DNA from: Takakia lepidozioides | Taxonomy: Eukaryota; Plantae; Bryophyta | Direction: 5' to 3' | Length of the DNA: 15,000 bases | Assembly (NCBI GenBank): GCA_030704615.1 | Contig: JAKLZA010000162.1 | Span: 1-15,000, forward strand | Made by a program: the position numbers and the translations under genes | In this document: one piece after another, positions 1-8,672 of the stretch | How positions within the stretch are numbered: the first letter of the stretch is position 1 | Layout: every line of letters begins with the position of its first letter | Notes under the pieces: generated by a model | Seen by the model: the letters and a program-made list of their open reading frames with translations, nothing else | What the model was told of the DNA's origin: nothing | Database searches by the model: none

Positions 1-263
1 GTGACCAAAAACTAGTGAGTAAGCGAGCGAGCCGGAAAGCGACCAATGAGTGGGGAGCTGCTCCGGACTGCCATCTACCAAAGGGAATTCCACTAGGCCC
101 AAATAGGTGGAGGGTTTAGTGGGAGAGCGAAGGGGGACCGTTATGTCCCGGTGAGCAGCCGAAGCTCCAAGTTGGCCCGGCGGCCAGGTTGGGAGTCAGG
201 CGCGCGCATCAAAGCGAGTAACTATGACCTGAAGGGGAGCTTACCGAAGTGAGGTGCGCGACA
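1..263 (+). mobile_element. 3' part of the 5' LTR of an LTR retrotransposon (cut by the window start)
   Basis: Ends in ...GCGCGACA (canonical CA terminus at 262-263), 2 nt upstream of a tRNA-iMet primer-binding site and a gag-like ORF. Confidence 0.75.
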
Positions 264-265
264 CT

Positions 266-277
266 TGGTATCAGAGC
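266..277 (+). promoter_or_regulatory. Primer-binding site complementary to the tRNA-iMet 3' end
   Basis: TGGTATCAGAGC, the canonical plant LTR-retrotransposon PBS, directly after the CA LTR end. Confidence 0.9.
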
Positions 278-318
278 TTAGAGTTCAGTACGTGATCGTC
301 CTTGGGATTGGCCTCATC

Positions 319-581
319 ATGGGGTCGGGCAAGCCAAAACGAAAGCGGAACGGCCCAAAAGATGATGATCCTGGTGAGTCCGATGGGGGCGACGTGTCAC
401 CGAAGCGGCCATTTGAGGAAGCGACGCAGGTTTCTGAAAACGACGCCGCTCAAGAGTGGGAGGAATCCAAGGAGTCGGAGTCCGAGGAATCCCTGAGAGC
501 TCCGTCAGACCAACAGATGCCTCCTATGCCGGCAGCTTTTTGGGAAGGGTTGTTGGCGCAGTTTGGCGGGACGTTCAAAGA
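319..581 (+). pseudogene. gag: N-terminal fragment of retrotransposon gag, truncated by the DNA transposon end
   Basis: ATG at 319, about 40 nt after the PBS. Low-complexity charged N-terminus (MGSGKPKRKR...MPPMPAAFWEGLLAQFGG). The frame runs into the TIR and stops at 598-600. Called from position; no conserved Gag motif is reached. Confidence 0.6.
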
Positions 582-634
582 GGGGGTTGCTATTCCATGA
601 GCTCATGAGCGGTGAGCTCATGAGCTCATGAGCG
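582..634 (+). repeat. Left terminal inverted repeat with an ATGAGC array of about 8-bp period
   Basis: GGGGGTTGCTATTCCATGAGCTCATGAGC matches the reverse complement of the right end (GAGGTTTACTATTTCATGAGCGCATGAGC) at 24/29 positions. RTGAGC units at 597, 605, 612, 620, 628. Confidence 0.85.
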
Positions 635-735
635 GGCATGGCTAACCCATGAGCCGCAAAGTAACACACTTCGAATTTCGGCAGATTTTTTTCGGGCCAA
701 AAACTATAAAATAATCAAAAATCGAAGATTTCCGC

Positions 736-822
736 GCTCATGCTGGAAGTACTCCGCTCATGAGTACCAGTGTACGCTCATGACTTGGAGCCCAGGCTCA
801 TGGACCGCCAGGCCAGGTCATA
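736..822 (+). repeat. Five GCTCATG heptamers at exact 20-bp spacing
   Basis: GCTCATG at 736, 756, 776, 796 and GGTCATA at 816, with poorly conserved spacers. Same motif as in the TIRs. Confidence 0.85.
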
Positions 823-842
823 GAATAACAGAATTCTGGGCA

Positions 843-1334
843 ATAACGGCACCGAAATTATCCCAGAGGCAGAGACGCAAGCGGAATTAGGATCCGGGTT
901 TGCAGACTCCGAAAACGCAATGGCGACCTATAACCGTGGATAGTACTATTGCAGAAGTGCTGGATGGTTGGTTATAACGAGGCCGTAATTGGGAACAGGA
1001 AAAGAAATAGCGCGCTGAAGGCTCGGGAGTGAAGCCAACAACGGTGAAAGTAATTGGGCTCTGCCAACCAAATACCCGGCTGCATCCTCCGGAATGCAGG
1101 CGATAACGGCGCCGAAATGGGCCCCGGAAACCAAATACTCGGCTGAAGCCACCGGAGAGCAGCCGATAACGGCGCCGAAATTGGGTCCGGAAACCAAATA
1201 CCCGGCTGAAGGCTGGGGATTGCAACCAATAACGGCGCCGAAATTGACCTGCGGAAACAAAATTCTCGGCTGAAGCTTCCGCACTCCATGTAATAACGGC
1301 GCCGAAATTGGGCGTCGGAGAGCAAATACCCGCC
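843..1334 (+). repeat. Left subterminal tandem array, unit about 63-65 bp, core ATAACGGCGCCGAAATT
   Basis: Core starts at 974, 1038 (both degenerate), 1103, 1166, 1229, 1293, plus an isolated copy at 843. Units also share GGAAACCAAATACCCGGCTGAAG. Confidence 0.9.
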
Positions 1335-1430
1335 TTACGGTGAGGGAGGCCTTGCTCTCATTTTGCTCTTCACTCTTCTCTGTTGTGCCCATGTCCTCCC
1401 TGCTTTGAGTTCGTGTTGTGTCGTGAGGCC

Positions 1431-1982
1431 ATGTCGTGCCCGAATCACATCTATCGACGCCAGACGGGAGTCATTTTCCCGAAAGCAGACGACATCATTG
1501 TCTTCCTGGATGTTTACAGGGAAGATCCTCGACTTGTCCAGCTGAGAGCAATGGAGTTTCTTCCAGGATTGCACGACTCTCCTGGACCCCGGCTGGGGAG
1601 CAGGTGGTTCCTACGCATCATGGACCTGGACTTTCCGCATGTGTGGGAGCCGAACAGATCACGCACAGCGTTGCTGTATCGCTGGAATTGTTGCGAGTGG
1701 ACGTATGATGAGTGCATAGGTGAAAACTTTACGCGTGGACGGACTGGCTCGGAAAGTGGGGACATTCTCTTCAGTTATGAGGATGAGGAGGAGGGGAACA
1801 CAGGGCCCACTGTGAAAATGTCCTTCTACCAAGGGGGCGCTATCGATAAACACGACATCCTCGTTAGTTTCAACCGGGCGACAGAAACCACTGACATTTT
1901 GTTCAAATATAGGCACCCGGTCACTCAGGAGGTCCTTGAGAGGCCAGTTCGAGTTCCTTCTTCTTGGGCGAGGGGACCATAG
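1431..1982 (+). CDS. Orphan transposon-borne protein, 183 aa, function unknown
   Basis: GCC-ATG start after a pyrimidine-rich leader. Uninterrupted ORF with globular, non-repetitive composition (MSCPNHIYRRQ...VRVPSSWARGP). Lies directly after the left array, convergent with the transposase. No family recognised. Confidence 0.6.
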   Translation: MSCPNHIYRRQTGVIFPKADDIIVFLDVYREDPRLVQLRAMEFLPGLHDSPGPRLGSRWFLRIMDLDFPHVWEPNRSRTALLYRWNCCEWTYDECIGENFTRGRTGSESGDILFSYEDEEEGNTGPTVKMSFYQGGAIDKHDILVSFNRATETTDILFKYRHPVTQEVLERPVRVPSSWARGP

Positions 1983-2438
1983 GTCTTGCATGCTAGAGTA
2001 GACATGTTTCAACTTGCTGACACTCATGGCACATACATTTTCATTCAGAAATCAAGCAGCTTCCCTGTGCCATATGGGGAATATACAGGCTTCGATAATC
2101 TTCTGTTAATGTTATTTGCAATTCACTGCCAGTATGCTGGGACGTGTCCTTTGTCGTATGGATTGCTGTTTGCACAAGGTGCAGTATGCAAATGCTGGAA
2201 TGTGCAGTAGGACCCTTCCCACTGGGACACAGAACTAGCAATCTTGTAAAGGCATCACATTTGCAGAACAGTAACAATGTATTTGTAGCAAATTGGAGTC
2301 TTCTCATAAAGGTGGACGAAATTCACATGTAGCCATGGCGATGCGGCACCACCAAGTGTATAATGCCTCACAAAAAAATAGGGTGCAAGAAGATGAATGT
2401 AATATAATTGCCACTAACTCCTTCCCGAATGTGGAATG

Positions 2439-3866
2439 TCAAGCAGTCCGACCAGTATCCTGCCGTAGGGCCTTGTGCAGCTCGTTGAAACTCAGTGTTG
2501 GAGCATGGATGAAGACGTCCACTGCGGATATGCAACTCATGCGCTTCATAAAAATGTAATAAAGGTGTTTGCAGGGGACGTATGCTGCATTCCTCGATTC
2601 CATAACAAGGAAGTCCTCACAGTTACAAGCTGGGTACTGTGAAACCGTGATTGCATACACGACACTGCGCGCAGCAGACCCGGCTGTTGACAACTGAAAT
2701 ATGCGCCCCATCCCGGGGTGAGGAACATCCCTGCAACCTTGCACTATGCAGGGCATTGCAAGAGCGTTGGCCATCCTGGTGTCGTTCGCCTTTGTTGGTG
2801 GCCGCCGTCTTTTCAGTTTACCCCACCGATGGGTGGGCCAAGCTGCGGGGTCACCCACCGGTATGCGGGGCGAAGAGCTTCTCGTGGGAGGAGGATGACG
2901 ATTGGGAATTGGATTTCGTGGAACGTCTGTCCTCTCCACCAGTCGAAACCCTGCACTTCCTAGAGCGTCTGCCTCCTCCAGGGTAAGATCTGTACCACTT
3001 GCCACAGGCCAGACTGCCGGTGGTTCAGGCATGCCTTGTACACCATACTTGGGCTTGCCGAACACACACGACATGATGTCGTGCCTGCAGAACCAAAACT
3101 CCTTCAGTGTGGCCTCCACAAACTTTGCGCACACAAATCTCCCTGTGAAGCAAGGGGCAGGCACACCGCCCTGCGGGCTCCTCCGAATCATCTCATTGCA
3201 TCTCTGGTTGGTGTCGACACGAACAGCACAACATTTGCCACGAAATGTCGGACGGGTCCGTGCAATTCTCCACTGCGAGGCCGACACATCTCGCTCCACG
3301 ATTGGAATGTTGTATTGGGTAACGAAAACAGGAGCAGAATGCCCATCCTCGGCATGTTGTCCCGAGTCTGGCAGCGATTCCATGGATGCTGCAGGAGAGG
3401 GGGTACGAGTCCTGCTTCGTGGAGGCGTGGGACGCAACATCGTTGCGCCCCGAGGTTGAGTGCGGATGTTCATATCTGATCTCCATGAATCCCCATCCCC
3501 TCCGGGCATGTCCTCAATTCTTCTCTTCACCGGCCGGCTGCGGACATCGCCCTCCAGGCAGTTCCCCCGACTGTGTAACGGCGTTGACCTTATAGTTTCC
3601 CGCAATGCAGCAGTCCATTTTTTGGGATCGGTCGAACGATGCGCCGCCCTCATCAGCATCTCCTGCCTGTCTGGTCCGATACCCCATTGCTTTCCTCCCA
3701 GAAACTGGTAGTAATGAGATTGTTGCATGATGGCCCTCACAATATCTTCTGTTGTTGCTGTCAACATGTCAACGAGATGTGCTGCAGAGGAAGCACGCCA
3801 GGAAGAGTGCACCGATTCGGCCATGTTCGTCGTCGGCATATCCGTGTCATCCTCCAAGCTCATGTC
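2439..3866 (-). CDS. MULE transposase exon 2 (catalytic E, Cys cluster, SWIM zinc finger)
   Basis: TTNMAES motif (E at 3816-3818). C-terminal YAITVSQYPACNC...CKHLYY is a CxC-xn-CxH SWIM finger (about 2556-2658). Acceptor TTCAACAG gives a phase-0 join to exon 1. Confidence 0.85.
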   Translation of the reverse strand, partial: DMSLEDDTDMPTTNMAESVHSSWRASSAAHLVDMLTATTEDIVRAIMQQSHYYQFLGGKQWGIGPDRQEMLMRAAHRSTDPKKWTAALRETIRSTPLHSRGNCLEGDVRSRPVKRRIEDMPGGDGDSWRSDMNIRTQPRGATMLRPTPPRSRTRTPSPAASMESLPDSGQHAEDGHSAPVFVTQYNIPIVERDVSASQWRIARTRPTFRGKCCAVRVDTNQRCNEMIRRSPQGGVPAPCFTGRFVCAKFVEATLKEFWFCRHDIMSCVFGKPKYGVQGMPEPPAVWPVASGTDLTLEEADALGSAGFRLVERTDVPRNPIPNRHPPPTRSSSPRIPVGDPAAWPTHRWGKLKRRRPPTKANDTRMANALAMPCIVQGCRDVPHPGMGRIFQLSTAGSAARSVVYAITVSQYPACNCEDFLVMESRNAAYVPCKHLYYIFMKRMSCISAVDVFIHAPTLSFNELHKALRQDTGRTA

Positions 3867-3952
3867 CTGTTGAAGGAAATTAGATATGTCACTGATTGTG
3901 GAGAATGTCCAAGCACAAAACAGAACAATTGTCAAGTACAGAAATGTGTTAC
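3867..3952 (-). other. 86-bp GT-AG intron of the transposase gene
   Basis: Minus strand CAG|GTAACA ... TTCCTTCAACAG|GAC joins ...YMRQ to DMSLEDD... in frame and unites the DD and E parts of the catalytic triad. Confidence 0.85.
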
Positions 3953-6145
3953 CTGTCTCATGTAGTCTCCAAACTGGCGGAATCTATAATGCCACCACGC
4001 AAGCCACGTTTGCAGTTCTGGCTGATCTTTCACATCCACTGCCCCTGAAGACACCCACCAGGCGCGTATGGTTGCAAACTCGGTCTCCGCCTCGTCGATG
4101 GAATTCGCATTTTTCCACGCTAGGCACATACTGATATGATCCTGCCGGTGGCGTGACGCCACGAACCTTTTCGTGTTTTGCGTCAAACTCTGCATGAAGT
4201 GGAACCCGCAAGATCTCTCCTTTCCTTCCATTGGAGTCTTTGGGTCGTCCCCATATACCCTCCTAACTGCAGCCCAGTTTGCCTGGGCATTGTCAGCCAT
4301 GAAGCCCCTAAAATCGGGAGGGGGCAACTTGGCTCTCGCCATTTGCTCATTAATGCCGCGCCACATATGCAACTCCGAATCTGTGTCTTCTCCCTTCATT
4401 TCGCAGATAGCAATGGTCATCAACTTTCTGCAATGTGGGTCGTATACATGTGCCCCCATTGTCACCCAATCGTGGTTGGTAATTCGCCGGATGTGGTCAA
4501 ACATGACCCAACAATTTGAGAGGTCTCCACTGGTCATCCGCTTCACCAAATCGACGCCGCTCCCCGGTCCGCACGTTGACATCTTAAATATGAAGCACCT
4601 GTCCATCTCCGAGCCTTGACCAGGAAAGAAGCTGCCTTGGATGAAGTCGTAGCCGCATGTGCGTTTCACTTCCAAGATGGAGTGCATGTCTGATCCTCTT
4701 CCGATTCGTTTCTTGCAGCTGACAATGTGGTTCCTGACATTGGGGCTGCACACATGGGAGACAGCTTCCAGCAGGTCCTTCATGTCCCCCTCGCCCAGCT
4801 TCTCTCTTGTGCTTCCGTCCTCCGACATTATTCTGCCAATTGCAATCCTATGTGCCGATGCGAGCTGTATCTGCTTTGGTTTTGCACCCGGCCTCAACCT
4901 CACCTCCTCCTTGATAATATCCTGGGCTTGTTGAAAAGCGACTCTGCAATTGCCTCTGGCGAGGGGGTGCTCATGCTTTCCGATGTGAATGCATGCTCTG
5001 GTGCACGCTGGGCCGACGGTCCCGACGTAGTACTGCTTGGCGTTGCACACTGCCATGCACGTAGGGGCTGCGTTGCAATGGGCACACTTGAACGTCCCTG
5101 CAGGAACTCTACCTTGAGGCCAAAATGGGGTCGACGAATTGCCAATCCAGTCAGTCTCATTCCTGGTGCCTTTGCTAGTGTAATGGTAACATGTGCTCGA
5201 GAAACATTTAAGATGCCCAGCACACAATACATATCTCACTCGAACTCCATCACCCAGGTTGGACGATGAAGTTTTGGTGACACACCAAGGGTGGCCGTCA
5301 TGTTTCCTGTTCATTCCTGCGAGCATGCCGTCTGGGCCTGCGCCTGCCGGCACTGGAGGGAACTCGTAGATAGCATTCCCATCCACAACATCAGGCAAAA
5401 ATTCCACAGAATGGATTGGAGTTTTGTCGTAATCAAGCCTAAGAAGGTCACTGGAGCGGGAACCCGTTGTCTTCATCCTCCGCAATATGTCGATTACTGA
5501 GCGGACGGAAGTTGAGTCGGACGGTGTATGCTGAACACTCCTAGTGACGGACGACTTCGAAACATACGATGGAAGGACCATACAGTCTTCATCGTCACTG
5601 GATAAGTCGTGGACGACTGTTTCCCTGTTTTCCTGGATTTCCCTTTTCACATGTTTGGGCTTCTCTGCTTGTGAAGAGGTGCCCACATCCTTCACATCTT
5701 GCACCCCAGACCCTCTTGTGGAAGGAGGATCAACCAAGTTCCAGCGTGGGAACTCTTTAGGCACGATTTCACCAATGGCACTGTACCGGATGGATTCAGA
5801 AGCTGGGAGCCGCCACTCTTTGCCTTTTCCGAAATCTGCATGCAGAATGACGGCACTTTCCAGAAAATTTCCATAAGCATCCTTCGTCTCCTCTTCCAAA
5901 AACACCGTTCCAGGGCGGAGCCCGAACTTCACACACAAGTACTGCTCAGTGACAATCGCAAATCCTTGGTCGCAGGGTATTTTAGCTTTCAGAGAATCAG
6001 GATGGAAGTACACGTTGACCCAAACACGGGAGTCCATTTTGAAGACGGGACCTCTCGGTACGCTCCGCAGCGAAGTCATGCAATGAGAAGAGTGTGTCCT
6101 ACCTAATAACACAAATGATTTTCTGGAGGATTCCGTATCCAACAT
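3953..6145 (-). CDS. MULE transposase exon 1 (GCM-like Zn/DNA-binding domain plus DDE core); the start may be the ATG at 6037
   Basis: GCM-like pattern DGHPW...CAGHLKCxxxxC...CxxC...C...HIGKHEHP (about 4963-5368). MULE core: VMFD (D 4496-4498), FMAD (D 4292-4294), CGFH (CxxH, 4199-4210) and Trp-rich helices. Spliced product about 1170-1206 aa. Confidence 0.88.
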
Positions 6146-6287
6146 GATGGGTGATCAGTGCACGTAAAGATGAAGGTGTGTAACGTACGTTAAAAAAACG
6201 GACGAAAACAGCAAGTTCACATCGGATATTTGGTGCCTGAATTGTAATGTACAACCACTTGGGGTACAATAAATCAGGCCTTCCCAT

Positions 6288-8163
6288 GAATTTCGGCACC
6301 GAAATCTGGATGAACATCTCTGTCATGTAACAGCTTTGGAAGCCAAGGGATGAATTCTGGCAACAGAAATCGTAATTTGTTTACCTCATAAAACTGACCA
6401 AGCACCCAACGGATGGATTTCGGTGCCGAAATTCGGATGAACTTCTTCTTCATTAAATTGTATCTGCACATATGGGTTGAATTTAGATGCCAAAATACGG
6501 ATAAATGTGTTCCTGATTACAGTCGTGATTGACCACGTGTCCGGATATCGGTGCCGACTTCCGAATGACAGTAATCCTGATTCGGCAGAATGGATGTATT
6601 TCGGCGCCGAAATTCATTCTTCATCTCCTTTTCCGACCCTAATTCTGCTGCCCTGCGTATGGATTTCGGTGCCAGAATTCATCGGAAGTCCTTTCTGTTT
6701 TTATTTTTCTTTGCGACAGATGAACTTTGGCGCCGAATCTCATCCAAGTACTCCCTTTTAATTTCCCTTTTTCTTCGAGAGCAATGAATTTCGGCGCCGA
6801 AATCAACCAAAATCCTCTCGATTTTTTTTTTTCCTTCGCGAGCATTGAATTTCGGCGCCGAAATTCATTCCAAGTCCAGGAGATATTTTTTATTTTCCTT
6901 CGCGAGCAATGAATTTCGGCGTCGAAATTCATACGAAGTCCTCCAGAATTTTTTTTTTCCTTCGCGAGCAATGAATTTCGGCGCCGAAATTCAGACGACT
7001 TCATCCCTCCAAATTCTTTTCAGGGTTTTAGCGGCGGATTTCGGCGCCGAAATTCATCCAATGCCTTCCCTCCAATATTTATTTTTCTTTGAAATGGATC
7101 AATTTCGGCGCCGAAATTCATCCTTACTGTCCGCAATGAGTAACTCTAATATTACATTTTCTATGCGACGGATGAATTTCGGCGCCGAAATTCGTCCAAA
7201 CCCGGCACTTACTTTTTGGTTTTGGATGATAATTTTCCGTAAATCTTTGGAAATACCCCGTTCCGACGAATATAACAGGAATATTCTGCATTTAATGGAG
7301 AAATCGGCATATTAAACCACTTCTGTCAAATTAATTGCATTTTAGCCGTTTTTTTTTCGTTTGAAACCGACAGTATCCATGAAGTGGTCTTTTTCGCACG
7401 GGACGTTGCCGCACATAAAGTATAATTTCGGCGCCGAAATTATAGTTAAATGTCCAGAAATGGCAAGTCCAACAGTCATGGACAGCATCCGTCAGGGCAA
7501 TGATGGCGGCAAAGCATAGCATCGTGCAGATTTAATCTTCGCTCTGGATGAATTTCGGCGCCGAAATATGGATGATTTCACCTCGTCTACGCGCGGACGC
7601 TCATATTCGTAATGAATTGCGGCGCCGAAATATGGATGAATGTGCCGAAGTGCAGCCGTTTCCGTTGTCCCGGAATTGATTCCGGCTCCGATATCCCACC
7701 GACAGGTTTGCTCATGACGAATGAGGACTTGCGAAGCGATGAATTTCGGCGCCGAAATATGGATGATTTCACCTCGTCTACGCGTGGACGGACATATTCG
7801 TAATGAATTTCGGCGCCGAAATATGGATGAAATGTGCCGAAGTGCAGCCGTTTCCGTTGTCCCGGAATTAATTCCGGCTCCGATATCCCACCGACAGGTT
7901 TGCTCATGACGAATGAGGACTTGGAAAGCGATGAATTGCGGCGCCGAAATTTGTAAGTTTGTGTATGAAAGCACTTGAATAGGATGAATTTCGGCGCCGA
8001 AATTCATCCGTCCGCTGATGAAACGTACCGACCTGACTGTTGAATGTCATATGCAGGCGATTTTCATGGCGGTTGGGTTTCATGATGTGCGGATATTTCA
8101 TTCAATGCCGGCTGCTCCGGGAACCGCATCCGGTGAACGGAACGTATTTCGGTGCCGCAATTC
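6288..8163. repeat. Central array of about 25 palindromes (AATTTCGGCGCCGAAATT and variants) in the divergent intergenic region
   Basis: Centres near 6297, 6361, 6424, 6488, 6552, 6605, 6670, 6731, 6795, 6856, 6920, 6982, 7045, 7109, 7183, 7432, 7559, 7623, 7686, 7750, 7814, 7878, 7942, 7995, 8153. Perfect palindromes of 24 bp (7421-7444) and 28 bp (7982-8009). Confidence 0.95.
7547..7950 (+). repeat. Near-identical tandem duplication of about 191-192 bp (a trimer of the 64-bp unit)
   Basis: 7547-7737 is repeated from 7738 with only a few differences; each copy holds three palindromes. Confidence 0.92.
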
Positions 8164-8672
8164 GGATAAACCGTCATACACTGGTGGCTGGAACTGGCAC
8201 GCGTCGTGTTCCAGTCGACTTCATCCGTGCGAACGTGTCAGGGGTCACAATCTCTTCATCACCCATACGGCAGAAAGTGGTGGACGGTGGCAACGCTTCG
8301 GGAGACGTGGCTGCTTACGCATCTGCTCGTGCATAGTGGTTGCATGTTCCACTTCGCTCTCTCTCTCGCTCCTTGCCCTTCTGCAGTGACGTTCTCCTGC
8401 GTTTCCTCTCCTTATGCGGCATAGTGGTAGCATAGAGTTTGTGGAAGGTCAGGCAACTCCGGCAAAGAGGAGGACGCGGGATTTTGGGAAGCCGCCGACG
8501 ACACGACTTAAGCTCCGTCTCATGCATGAAATGCAGACGTCGTTATCCGGAGACTCGGATCGCCCACCAGTGAGAGATTCGTGCTTCGCGGATGTGAAGC
8601 ACTCCATACGCAATATTCCTTTGACACCTTTGTTTTGGCGTGCAGTGTCTCATGTTTTCCTGTTTGTTTGAC

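Noticed and set aside
887-1392. Three overlapping minus-strand repetitive ORFs
   Set aside because: They are products of the 63-65-bp tandem array, open in all frames.
2651-6106. Plus-strand ORFs of 60-185 aa opposite the transposase
   Set aside because: Antisense shadows of a motif-supported coding strand.
7987-8004. Identity of the palindrome with bacterial parS (TGTTTCACGTGAAACA)
   Set aside because: Only TTTC...GAAA is shared, with a different core and spacing, and I could not identify a ParB HTH domain. Kept as an analogy only.
6288-8009. CRISPR array (palindromic repeats with spacers of about 45 bp)
   Set aside because: Context is eukaryotic with spliceosomal introns and no cas genes. 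Neighbouring spacers are related or duplicated, and the same motif is scattered in introns and subterminal regions.
6274-8101. Many short ORFs with NFGAEI / EFRRRNS peptides
   Set aside because: They are translations of the palindrome in several frames on both strands, not credible proteins.
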